Shown in pieces: positions 37,626 through 49,450 of a DNA stretch of 64,000 nt. Origin of the DNA: Raillietiella orientalis (lineage: Eukaryota). The translations under genes were made by a program, and so were the position numbers. The stretch's first letter is position 1. Each line of letters starts with the position of its first letter. The stretch spans positions 1,860,001-1,924,000 of the forward strand of contig JAYWIR010000005.1 of the NCBI GenBank assembly GCA_036172245.1, written 5' to 3'. The notes below the pieces were generated by a model. That model saw nothing but the letters and a program-made list of their open reading frames with translations, had not been told where the DNA came from and did no database searches.

Positions 37626-38049
37626 TCGAGTTGATTTAGGAGATGAGGATTGAGGCATTTGATTTCGTGGCACGAGATCTCAAGTGCACATTGCATGGGA
37701 CCTCGGTGCGGTGCTGCTGCCGACGATCTCTCGAGTTTTTCAAGATGCTGGGGAAGCGGTGCGAAAGGAGCAGTTTTTGTATTGACTCGTTCAGCAATAG
37801 CCGTCGAGATGCATTCTCGTGTTCCATTCTAAAAAAAGTTTCCTGCAGCAGCCTTCTAAAAATCAATGCATGAATCCTACGCTCTCTGAGAAGACGAGCA
37901 CGAAGCAGCGGTCTCGATGCGTTCTTGCATGGGACACACTAATGGACTCAAAGCAGATCTTTACGATGCAGCGTGAGAGCGAAAGTGACGATGGACGGGA
38001 GAAATCTGTGGGCATTTTGGAGATGGGGGCAGGACTGGGTTGAGGGAAC

Positions 38050-38215
38050 GGGAGCGGACTCCAGCAGGGTTTCGACGGAATCTGCCTGAAGCGATCGGAA
38101 GATTTTCCTTTCGATTTCGCAGGAAATGATGCTGTCTCCATGCCCGCTTCTCGTCGGCACGCCACCGACGGCAGCACCCCAGTCCGCTGCACGGCAGCGT
38201 TTCCTTTTGAATCTC
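38050..38215 (-). repeat. Diverged paralog of 36640-36795
   Basis: Shared CGGAAGATTTTC..TTC.AT.TCGCAG, GCCACC...GGCAGCACC and CGGCAGCGTTTC.TTT blocks. Confidence 0.65.
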
Positions 38216-38715
38216 GAGAACTTGGCGCAACGTCCTGAGTCCTCGAAATGCTGAGATCTGTGAATGCAAAATGTGAAACAGCATCGCAAGCTTTCCTTGA
38301 CCTTTCTCGGCGACTCGATCTCTCGGTGCTTCAGGGAAAACACAGTTGTGGCTCCACTGAACCAATGCAATGGCAGATTTTGAATGGTACAGAGGAGCTG
38401 AAGAGTTCGCTTCGCAAAAATATTTGCTACCTACTCCGACCAACTATCTCTCGTGGGAAGTCGCCTAATGAATCACACATGTCCAATCGATGAATGAGCT
38501 TCCCAAGATGACTTCCGACATTCTGCGCGATATGATCACTTTCCAGAGGTTCAATAGCTGGTCAGACGAGAACTTTGCCGATATGAAGGTTCTGTCGCAC
38601 ATTAAGCTTCCCGCAACTGCTATGAGCCGCTGCTTGATTTGTGGGCACCTCACGCGCCCTACGCTTCCTGGAAAAATCTCAGTGCTCTGGAGGTCAAATC
38701 TGCTGATTGCGAAGA

Positions 38716-39425
38716 AAGGCTCGCATTGGCAGCCGTGTGGCCGCGATTTCCGCCAAACAAGCGTTGCGGGTTCGAGTCCCGCCCGGGGCAGAATCAACGC
38801 CGAGAAATGGGATGGCGACGTGGGTTTTGAGTCCCTCCCGCAGGATGACTCTGGTCGGTCAACGGGCTTCGGGCGCGGCGCGCTAGGAAGGGGAAGCCGC
38901 AAACCGGATGGCCCCGTTGACCGGATAGGATTGGAAGTTGATCCTTCGGGGTCCTTTCAGGAATCAAAGATCCAGTTCCTTTCGGGATTCCCCTCCGGCT
39001 GTGAGAATGGGGTCTTCTCATGGAGCTAGTTGATCTCCCCCTCGGAGGGGATGCTTCTTTAGAGTGCAAGAAGCGCTCTGCTCCCTTCGGGGAGTACCCC
39101 TTCAGAGAGAATTGGAAGCGTCCCCTCTGGGTTCTCTTCAGAGAAGGAAACCAGAAACTGTTCCCTTCGCGTGTAACCAGGGAGAGTTGCCTACCAAGCG
39201 TTAGAAGAACGAACTCCTTCTGGAACCTTCCTCGATTCATAGGATGGTCTCCTCCTGGGGTACCCCCTGACTTGAAGAGTTACCACATCTCGGCTGGCAT
39301 AGACAGCGTTCAAGAGTTTCGTGAGTCCAGGAGACGAAAGAAGGTTCCTGAGTACTCATCAAACCCTCCCAAAAAGAAGAAAACCCGAAAAAAGAAAAAA
39401 AAATGGAAGGACAAACAGAAAGGAA
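38716..39425 (+). mobile_element. tRNA-headed SINE-like element, most complete copy (copy 5), with antisense LINE-UTR extension
   Basis: A-box-like TGGCAGCCGTGTGG, B-box GGTTCGAGTCCC (38769-38780), second motif 38821-38835, hairpin series, GGGGTACCCC (39257-39266), TTGAAGAGTT (39272-39281), then a purine-rich extension shared with 6720-6860 and 51050-51170. Confidence 0.88.
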
Positions 39426-39449
39426 CTTAAAAAGATGCTCATCACTCTA

Positions 39450-40278
39450 AGTCAAGGGACGGCGTAATCTCGGCAAGATGGGAAGTGACTTGCTGCATAG
39501 CAGCAAAGAAGAAAGTACTGGGGCGTGGGCAACTCGGGAAGTGACAGACGCTGCAACCCCGAATGTCCCACCCCAAGGGTCTTTTACTCTAGGGAGAGTT
39601 GCTCCACATCCTTTCGGAGGAGGTAAAGTGGCCCCAGAGTGCTGGAGCAGTGGTGCCCATCCTTCAAGTGGCAGGAGTTGGAGTTGCCGGTGGTGCATGG
39701 AGGAACCCCTTGCAAAGTGCGTCTTCACCAGTGGACACGGGGGAGTGTGGGAGCTCAGAATGCAGCAGATGCGGGAAGAAGGCCCTCCCACACCTGCTGT
39801 TGGGCTGCGCTGCCCTCCGACCTCTTTGGGATCGCCTCTCGACGATCCTAAGTATTCATACAAGCGGCCCTGAAACATTTTCAGACGCCTCTTCGTGCGC
39901 GGTGCTGCTCTGCCGCCAGCCGCGTCTCTCGCAGCTCCCTACTGTCCCTGCGGAATCGTGGCAGCCTGGGATGCGGGAAGAGGTCGGAATGGCAGGGACC
40001 CATCCACCGGGCACGGATCTTCCTGAGGGCTGCCTCGACATGGCCCAACCTGGGCCACTTGCCAGCAGCATCTTGAACAGGATACAGAGGACACCTGGCA
40101 GCGTACTGTGATCCCTTCCTTGATGCCCTCCCCCTACTCGTGTTGAATTGTCTTTCGCCGATTTTGTTTATTTTTTTTTGTTTTTGTTTCCCATCTGCCC
40201 ACGCTGTCGGAGTGCACCAGTCTTTTCCCAGTCGTTCGAGGGGCGGGTAAATTTATTTTCCATTCATACTATAAAACA
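39450..40278 (+). mobile_element. Tx1/L1 LINE 3' fragment (zf-RVT plus UTR)
   Basis: SECSRCGKKALPHLLLGCAALRPLWDRLSTILSI, then RNGRDPS. T-rich UTR ending ACTATAAAA. Confidence 0.8.
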
Positions 40279-40289
40279 CATTTACTCAA

Positions 40290-41200
40290 ACAGAAGGCAC
40301 AGATTTAATAAACGTTTTCTCTGTTGGAGTTGTCGCACATCCATGGTCTCCACGGCGTGTCCTAGCGACTTCATCCTGGTACCTCATTCCTCTTCGGGAC
40401 GGCACAGAGGTTTTAGCCTGACCCTTGGTTTGTGGTTTAACCAGAGACTCTTGCGTTGTTGCTTTCTTACTTCTCGCTGGGTGTTCTTGTTTACTCTGTA
40501 GAAGGCCGCTCCGAAGAGTACCATTGGAAGCAGGACGCCATTCCAAAGGTTGGTTCTCTGCTTCATGTTGAAGTCCACCCGAGTGTACTTTGCTGCTTGT
40601 TCCCTGGTCTTCCCTAGGATTTCCGTCCACAACATCTGTGATGCTGAGGTCTCGCCGATGTGCGCGCAGGTCTTTGGTAGGTTCATTGAGCGTGGTAGAA
40701 CCAGGGGTTCCACCACATCAATGTATTTGTATTGCTTTATGTAACGAATATCCCAGCATAACTGGGTGAGGATCATCCAAGGGGTCGCTGCTGGCCTTTT
40801 TGAAACTTCACTCGAGTGGGGCGCTTCACAGAAGGGAAGACGTTTACAGGAACACCTTGAGGCTTTCGCAGGGCAAATTTCTGGCCGAAAGAACGGAAAG
40901 CACTTCGATGTGCTTCCGAAGGCTGCACTTGAAAGAGGGAGGGGGGATGGATCACAGGCCGCTGCTCACGGAATCGCAGCTTTCCCTCAATTAGGAAATC
41001 CTATCAGCAGTGAGAAATTCAAGCCATTTGCCACTATAAATCGCAGAGGCCGCAAGTTTGAAAGAAACGCCATTCTGAAGAACTGGACTTTATTTTTCCA
41101 AGTCTTCGGCAGATGCGACGACATCTGATTACTGGATGTGTACTTCGGAAGCCATAATGGGACCACGATGCTTCTGATCCCTACTGGAGCACTCAATATC
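40290..41200 (-). mobile_element. Tx1/L1 reverse transcriptase and thumb fragment
   Basis: RFIVANGL, YKYIDV (cf. YKYLGV), RTNLWNGVLLPMVLF, SLWLNHKPRVRLKPLCRPEEE (cf. FLW...PRV....LC.P..EGG). Confidence 0.6.
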
Positions 41201-42269
41201 CATCCAGCTTGTCAGCGGATAATATCGAGTTAGCAAGCTTCGTTAGCAGGATTTGAAGATAATCCATATTTTTCGAGACAGGCAGCGGAAGAAGAGCTGT
41301 GGCAGGGACCTCGAAGGCGAAGTAATAAGCGCGTACAAATCCGGGAGCATATCGGTAGAGTTGCTATCGTCTGCCAACCGTCATGAAAAGGAACTCAGCC
41401 AATGACCTCCTCCCACGTGCGAGCGAAAGTGTTCAGCATGGAGCGACTATTTGCCTAATGAAACAGGAATCGAATATTTCAAGGAAGGCACTGAAAAAAA
41501 AAACAAAAACTAATTGGGCAAGAGATCTGAAACAATTCCAGTTCCCACATAAAGGAATTGAGTTCTTGGTTCCTTAGACGGCTTCGGGTTTTTCCTGCTG
41601 ATCTCACGTGTGCTCGTGGATGTTTGTGTGCATGTGCTGCGATATGCATTGGTTGATTTCTGTTGATGAAACAGGGACTCAAGAGGCGCATAGAGAGCCA
41701 CAGCGTTACAGACCTCTTCGCACCCCTTACCTACCTCCCCATCCCCTACTGCTTCTCAGTATCAAAGTGCGGTGCTTTGTCTATTTCAACAGTAGTTTTT
41801 AGAGGATTTCTTCTTGGCGTTGACTCTCAATGAATTGGAACTTCTACGTGAGGTGAGTACGTGGAGCTGAAAGTCCTCATTCGGATCTTCCGACCGGTCC
41901 CGGAGCTGCTTGACTTCGCCGATTGAACGAGAGACGGTTAGCGTGAATCCTAGGAGCGGTTTCTACGTAAGGATAGCCACAACCCAGTGCGACGCATCTA
42001 TCGTGTTTCACATATCTCGAGGATGCTTCGAGCAGAGTCACGAATGTGAGCATGTAGAAATCATGATTTATCCAAACCGGAAAACGTGCAGCAGGGTTTG
42101 TCGGGATCGTTCGCTGCTCCGCCCATCACCCCGGTCTCCGCTCCACCAACTGAACGGGAAGGTTGCTAGCAACTTTACGACGGTTGCCACAGAACCGCTT
42201 TCAGCAGGGTGGCTGCCCTTTTCTGGTTCGTTTCTCAGCTTCTTAAAAAGTTCTGAGAGTGCACCCCTG

Positions 42270-42430
42270 AGAAGTAGGATGAAATACCATATTGTTCTGC
42301 GGCTGCGAGTAGATGAGTGCAGGCTAACACCTAGCAAGATATTCCTCCACCACGAAAAGAAAAATAAAATATAGAGAATTACGGAGGTTGCCATGGGAAG
42401 TTACGATTCATTTGGAAGGTTTCATAATGC
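42270..42430. repeat. Dispersed repeat, paralog of 56255-56410
   Basis: AGGATG.AATACCATATTGTTC..CGGCTGCGAG.AGATGAGTGCAGGCTAA.A.CTAGCA.ATATTCCT is shared, with weaker similarity downstream. Confidence 0.8.
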
Positions 42431-43559
42431 ACCTCACATGTATGCATATTCACGAAGAGTTAACGATTGTCAAGGAATTTAACGCTGCTCACACGCCGCA
42501 CCAATTTGAACGTCCAAAGGAGGATGTAAGAAAAGAAAACATCTGGAAGGGTCCATTTGAAAAGGATGAAACAAGAATACAGACATTTCTTTGCTGCTTC
42601 AGCAGATTCTGCACTTTGAGATGGGTCGAGTTTGCCTTCGCGTTTGCTACGAAAAATTGGAGTATGCCTTTGTATGCAGCTTCTCTCGAAGACAGACACA
42701 GGAGCGACTTTGTTCCAGAATTTCTTTCTCGCAACACACCACAACATCGGGAAGATTCATCGCATTGGATCACACGGAAACTGCGCTCTTTCACGTAGCC
42801 GAAGGAGAGCAGGTTGCTTTCAAATCAGTGACCACAGGGGAAACACGAAAGGTCATTCAGCAGCTTGGACGCGGTAATCCGACGAGCTAACGTCCATGCT
42901 GTGCCAGCGATGACCTCGCGTTCGATTGAAAGCAGCGACTTGCGAGATCACATCGCGTTTCCATGCGGTTCTTTCATTCCCTTCGAGATCCCGGAACAGG
43001 TTTTCAAAGCACGCCTTTTCTCGTCTGCAGATGGAAGAGGTTTCGTTTCATCATGAATCCAAGGAAGAAACATAAAGAGACTTTTTGGGGGAAACATCGA
43101 TGATTTCTGCCTCTCTTTTCTTTTTTTTTACATTCTAGTGAGGTAGCTCTGACAGATCCTGAGAATGGCTTGGAATTCCCGTCTCAGGAGCGAGTAATAT
43201 CAAATTCTGATGCGATAATAATTCAACTGTTTGGGGGCACGTTGCTAGCAGCAACTGTCATCCACATTCCAATTTCTCTTTCTTCAGCTGGATTCATCGT
43301 GGATGTAGCACATTCTGAAATGAGCGCAAAAACTGTTTGCATCATCGATTTGCATCCCCTGCTTATCTGAATTTGTAACTGAGGTTTCCAGAATACACCG
43401 CACATTACACGAAATCCATTTGGCAGCATTGCGTTCACCAGACGCCAGAATTTTCGAATCGCCTAGAGAAACCGTAAAACGGGAAGAGAACCGATTTTGA
43501 AAGAAGCGGGTAAATAATTCTTGCCAGCGGAAAATTCGGGGAACCTCCAGGATGCAGCC

Positions 43560-44430
43560 AAATGGACCGGGGTAAAGTAGCCAGGAACTGTTTGCGGTTG
43601 ACACTACGTCCGTTTCCAAGATCATGCGTCGCCAAGAGTGATGCAGCTATAGGGTGGGAGCGCACGCTGGATCCTTCGACCGTGGATGCCAGAAAGAGGA
43701 TGCTCGTGAAGTGCGGTGAATACTCGAAAAAGATTCTCGGTCAAAGCTCGATCTCCTGCAAAAGATAGCGATGAGACAGTAGAAGCACCACTTCCCGGAT
43801 TTGGAGGAACACGGGTTCTCCTTGCCTTGCGTGCGAGGAAGCAACTTCAGCTGGCAGCAGCGCTCCTGAACCAGGAGGACACCGCCCGAAATGTGCTGCG
43901 ACGGCTCTTCGCTCCTGGAGGACTCTCGACGGGAGCGACGGTCGCAGCCATAGGGTTGCATCCGTGCCATCATCACTGTCCGCCATGTGCTGAAGACGCC
44001 CACTCAGCGAAGGGAGGTCACCAGAATGGCAGCTGCCTGCATAAGGACGTCTGCAAGATGACCTCACCTGGAATAGGAATACAGGGAGGGGATTGCTGGT
44101 ATCCAGCGCAGGTTTGAGAGGGGCTAGGAACGGCGGGCACCGGTGACTCTTGTCCCCTGTCTCCCTTTATTTGTTTTTCTCATTCCCATCCCCGTTCTCT
44201 CCGTAACTTCCCCGGTGTTTTCTGCCTTGATTCCGGTGCATATGGGGCGAAGTCAAAGATCCTTGCCCATCCTACCGCATTTATTTATTCATTTTTTTGT
44301 ATCCCAATCCCCTATCTCGTTCCGGACTTTTGGTTATCCCGGCCTGCGCGTCGGTGGACCCTCCCCTTGAACTTCTGTCTTCGGTTGGTAACTGCGTCTC
44401 CCTAACTGGTTCATCTTTTATAAAATAAAA
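43560..44430 (+). mobile_element. Tx1/L1 LINE 3' fragment (subfamily B-related)
   Basis: RLFAPGGLSTGATVAAIG. UTR colinear with 21950-22250, ending TTTTATAAAATAAAA. Confidence 0.75.
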
Positions 44431-45559
44431 CGCCCCGGCATGACAGAGCAAAAAACTTTAGCGGTATGACAAGTGCTCCTTCACAAAGTTCGGGGAGGAT
44501 ACTGGTGACGGAGAAGCGCTTCTTCCCGAGTGAAAATCCATTGCGGGGACATCGCGAACCATGGAAGAATGAAAAGAGTGTGCTACGTTCTCTGCAAGAT
44601 TGCCTACAGACGAGGAATGGTGCCCTCGAGGCTGCCTCCGTGTACGGAATGTGAATTCGACAGCTCCAATTTCAGGAACTATTCCGGCCTACAGGAGATG
44701 CGGCTATATATAATATCGTACCAATCCAGCAATGTATTGTTGCGCACTGCATGATGTTCACTCTGTACAATATCACGCATTACCCTTGCTAAATGAGATT
44801 GCACGTGCAGAAGTACATCCTGTGTTTCAAAACTCGTTGCACGCTCATTCACACTGCCGTGTTCGTTTCAGGTGTCCAGCTTTGGCCCGGGTCTCAGGTG
44901 AGGGTTCGTAATGAGATGATACACAAGATGACGGAGAATCAATTCTCGCATCCATAGAGGCTTCGGGTGTTTGCGCTGCTTTCGATTTTTGGAGCCCAAA
45001 CATCTTCCCTAAAAGTCCCTAGCGATGATGGCTGAGGACTGATTATTTTGAGGGTGAAATTCGATTTTCTTTTCGCGCTCGCTCCAGGTTCTGCACTCAA
45101 CTTTTTTCCGGGAGAATTAAAAGTTTCGACTCAGATCGCCCTTCTTGGGTCAACTTCCTGTTCTTCCCGACTGCCTTTTTTTTTTGCAATATATTTTCAC
45201 GGTACATTCTGGAATTTTCCTAACGTCTGTTTCGGCCGTGGCACTTCAATTGAATCGCTCTTGTCTGCTGAGCTCGGAGGGCTTGCAGAGCTCCTGGTCG
45301 GAGAACCACAATGAGAGAGAAATGGAAATTCCGTCTATGGCAACACTGATTCTCTGCAACGAGAAATCCAGACCATCCTCCTCTCTCTGAGCATCATGAG
45401 GAGACGGGAACTCCCTCTGGACATTTTGAAGGAATCCACTTCCTAACCCTCTTCAACTTCTCCTCTGTCAGCCTCCGGTCGCTTGTCACTGAATGTAGAA
45501 AAGCGAGTTTCAGAAGCAGCGATTCCACATATGAGACAGTCCCTCATCCTAAAGCTGAC

Positions 45560-45830
45560 ATCTGAAGCCGCGATCCTGCGCAGTGTGCAGCATTCCTCTT
45601 CATCGGAAGAACGTTGAGCTGGGCTGCATGGATACATCTTCATGCATCCCTCCGAAGTGAGGAAGCGGCTGATCCTTCTGTGTAATCCGATGACGCAGTT
45701 TATTCCCGGTTCCCGTGACTTTTCCACCAGAGGATGAAGTGCCTAACGGAGCTGAAGAGCTGACTACGAGTCGGTGCAGGCTTCTCCACCATTGCACCTA
45801 CTGTAGCGCCAACGGCGACAATCCGAGGTT
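45560..45830 (-). mobile_element. Degenerate LINE AP-endonuclease fragment
   Basis: RHFILW, RISRFLTS (cf. RIDRFL.S) and SSDE (cf. SDH) in order. Confidence 0.3.
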
Positions 45831-46002
45831 CTCCGCCTACCCGTCTTCCTTCGTGCACGATGACACCTGCCTTCTCGACATCCATAGGCTTCCTACACTC
45901 CATCGCATTTCCATCGAATTTTTGGGATACATTCCACTTTATGGAAATTTGCTCAATTCTGGAGCAGAGTGAGGAAACTACGTCGAGGTGGGAGCGTTTC
46001 AT

Positions 46003-46620
46003 TTGAAAAAAAAAAACAACAACTCAAGCAGGCGGCGTGGAGTCGTAAATCCACCAGGACTGCCAACTCGCAGGCCGGCTACACAGAAGGGAAGGAAGGG
46101 GAAGGGAAAAGTGACGGGAAGATGAAGACATGAAAGGGTGGCAAGCGACAGGAACCGTCACACCCGCCGCGTCTTCTGTAACCTGCCTGAGATGCAGACG
46201 GCTTATTTCCTTCATTCTGGCGTTCTTCAAAGGCCACTTGGCCACGCTCTTCATCACTGCGGAGTCAAGGCGAGTGGTCTTCCTTCCCTGCCGGCGCGTC
46301 TCCTGCGTGTTCCGGGACGCCGCGATCCACCTGACGCAAGACAGGACTGGGCGATCGGAGAAGCGGGCGACACTTCGTCCCGCTCGAAGCAGCGCCGCAG
46401 CAGCAGGGGTGTCTTCGGCTCGAAGCAGAGTAGCCTCGAGGAGGGGTTTCCTCGCGCTCCAAAGGTCACCGCACCCCGGAAGCAGGCGCATGGGAGTTTC
46501 CGTCTCGCAAAGCTGGAACAGTTCGCCAGGACTCACCTCTCGGCAAGCGATGTCCCTCTGGTGTCAGGGGAAGTCCCACTGCGCGAGCAGCAAAGACTCT
46601 TCTCCTTGCTGCTATCTGAG
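46003..46620 (-). mobile_element. Tx1/L1 LINE 3' end (subfamily A) with its own UTR
   Basis: Strong reverse match to 21300-21635. Continues MKSVAKWPLKNARMKEISRL and a UTR ending in a T-run plus CAAATGAAA. Confidence 0.8.
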
Positions 46621-46699
46621 GGAGAGTCCACCACTCCCATTTCTCTCGTTACGAGATCACCCAACCTGTCAGTCGGCAGCTGTCGTTTCTCTTCTGTAG

Positions 46700-46900
46700 G
46701 GGGACAGAGCTGCGGCTAGGATAGTCACTAGACCACTGTACGGGAACAGGACTGATAGAGAGAGTGTTGGTGCTGCCGGATGCAAAGACGCGGGAAGACT
46801 AAAGCAGCCGTCTGAGACCACAGACCAGGCTGGGATAGAAAAGTGACGGGAAGATGAGAATAGAAACAGAGGTAACAGTGCCACCCTGTAATCAAGCTAG
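46700..46900 (-). repeat. Second related LINE 3'UTR fragment
   Basis: Shares GAAAAGTGACGGGAAGATGA with 46106-46125. Confidence 0.45.
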
Positions 46901-47189
46901 CTGGGCGATGTTATAGATGCACCTAGGAGAAGACCTTGCAAACAGCAAGCACCAACGAGTAGTCAGTTCTTCAGGAGACCGACTTCTAGTCCCATGCAGC
47001 GGCAGAACTCTAGCAAGTAGGCATGGCTCAAGGGCAGAAGACTACTGTGAGGAACGAAAGACCAGAAACGTTCGGGTTCTCGCTCCTCTCTCGACAAGGG
47101 AACAGCAATCAAGAACCATCAAGGACGAAGCTGGACAGATCGAAGAGACGCTGAGTGCTGAGTGAAATCCCTTCCTCGCGTTTTACCTG

Positions 47190-47520
47190 ATGTAATCCGG
47201 TAGATCCCATTTTTCTAAACCGGGGATACCTATCTTTTTAGAGGAGGTCAAGAACTGACCGCACGCTTTGCGGAATCTGTCCGGATAAGTCAAGACCTCG
47301 AATTCCTCTTTCCGAAATCCAGTTATTTCAGAAGGTCGCCTCCCATCAAAACAAGTCCTCTATGCATGTCTTTCATCAGATGCGTATGATAACGTCGGAG
47401 CATCATTTGATTAGATTTCTACCGAGACTACTCCACGAATCTCGCGCAAGATTGGACAGGAATGGACCGTGGATTTCTCACGGTCCATTTGTCAGGGGCG
47501 GCTGCACCTGAAGAGTGAAA
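47190..47520 (-). mobile_element. Degenerate L1-like RT core fragment
   Basis: EIRGVV...LSYASD (cf. IRG.....S.YADD) and later IRYPGL (cf. IKYLG). Confidence 0.25.
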
Positions 47521-48939
47521 GGACAAACACGATCCTACAGATAGGCGCCACCACTTCCAAGGGGAACGCCGAAAGTCGATCAGACATCGAGTGCACTCTG
47601 CATCCAACAAGAATCCCCTTAGGGTGCTGTTTCGCTTTCTCGAAGGTTCTCCCCATTCACGTGGAATGCCTGCACTTTCCTCTCGTGCGAAATGACGGAA
47701 GAGACAGCGATTGGAACAAATCCCGACAGGGAAACTCTTTCATAACCTCTTCCACGGGACAATGATATTTTTTGTTCCGAGTTTGGTTTGATGAGTCAGA
47801 GGAGCCAAGTAAGAATGGCTAATCTGAAGTTAATTCACGAGTTTCTAAGACCCTCGAACGGAGATGTGGAGATGCACCTGAATATTAATAAAGTATATGT
47901 TTTTCTTGAATAAAGAGAACAATAGCGGGTTGCATAATGAGGTTATTGAATCAAACGGAGAGTCGGGAACTTCTGACATCACAGCATTCTCCGTTGAGGC
48001 GAAGACGAATTTATTAAGAACGGATACAAAAGAGTACTTGAGGTAATATTCGCCTAAGAGATAACAGGCATAAACAGTTCGATCCTTTGGCTGAGTCAAA
48101 CCTCCCTCGTCTTCACTGACTATTCAAAGGGTTGCTTCAGAAGAATTGAGCTTGAAAGTCAAGCTGCGGGATAACAAAGATGGCACCCGGACTTTTTTTC
48201 TTCAATTCTGAGATTCTGCAGCAGTGAGCGAAAATGGATTGACCTTGGTTCTGAGGCAGTGGCAGGGATTCTTGCTGCTTCTCAGAGTTGATAATTGCAG
48301 GCGTCTCTTCCGTGGATGAATTTAGATTGGATCGCTCTTGTCTCTCCCTCCCTCTCTCTCTCCCCTTTTTTTCCCCCCTCGTATAGGTGAAGTACGAGAT
48401 GGAAGAAACGCACTATAGACGGCGCCGTCGCTAGAAGCCACTTCCAACGCATTTTCGAAATTATCCTTCATCCATAGGAGTTATTCGTTTGAGGTGAATC
48501 TTCTCACTTGCACGCCACGTTGCTGTCCAGATTTTCGAATCCCGGTAAAATGCTGTCAGTATCCATCCAACTCTTTTCTGGGATGGGAAAATTCCTGTGC
48601 ATTTCGTTCATAGAATCAGCATACAAACATTCATGCAATTTATGGAAACCGTTCATCAAACTGTACACAGAATGTCGCAATTTCGAGAAGCATCGAGTGC
48701 AAAAGTTTATCAATTGCACTTTTCTTCCAAAAAGTAAAAATTTAACAAATTATTCAGGAAAATTGCACAGACTTTTTCCTAGAGATGTTTTCAAGGGGGG
48801 CACAGATTAAGCTACAGATATTTTCGACCCTCGAACGATGGTGCTTTCGACCTCTCTCCTAGGAGGACGCGTTTCTTCCCATCATTCTATTAAAGAAATT
48901 CTTCAGCCAAACAGCGAAACTTCCCATTCCAAGACCAGA

Positions 48940-49450
48940 GTGAAGCGAATGGGCACTCGTACCACTTTTCTTTGTCTTTTAGTTTCGTACAACAAGGAAT
49001 CAAAAGGGCTGATTGAGTACTTGGCGTTGAGGTTTTGGACCCTTTTCATTTCACATCTGAATCATCCGTCCTGCCTTGTCCTCAAGAGGTGACTCACGGA
49101 GGGTGCCATCTGTTTATCGAAACGTCTTTATTGCTGGAGCATCCATCTTGAATCTGTTATGGTGAAACCCTCCTAACTCTACTTGACGACTGTCTGGGAG
49201 GAATGAATTTTTGACACTGGGGGGCGGCCACTGATAGGCTGCGCTCGGCATTCGGGAAAATGACGTCTACGGAAGAAGAAGGCTCCAAACTGCAAGGGGT
49301 GCAAAACTTCTCCTTCTAAGGGAACCAGTAGATGACGTAGTTATGCCAGCCGGTGCACCACATCACAGCTGAGCTGTTTTCCACAGCTGTGGGAATCAAT
49401 CCATTGGATAGAAATGGCCTGATAACGATTTCACAGCAGAACGTATCCCG
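48940..49450 (+). mobile_element. pogo/Tigger-like DDE_1 transposase remnant
   Basis: ESKGLIEYLALRFWTLFISHL (cf. S..GW....F..W...F..H), PSCLVL, LLW*NPPNST*RL (cf. LPPNSTH.LQP) and LFSTAVGINPLDRN (cf. F...GI.PLD) in order. Confidence 0.4.

Noticed and set aside
38716..38790. tRNA genes at the element heads
   Set aside because: Only A/B boxes and the T-arm are recognisable. There is no consistent cloverleaf or terminator, and all heads continue into the same repeat body.
39257..39281. Helitron 3' end (hairpin plus terminus)
   Set aside because: No CTRR terminus after the palindrome, and homology between copies continues well beyond it.
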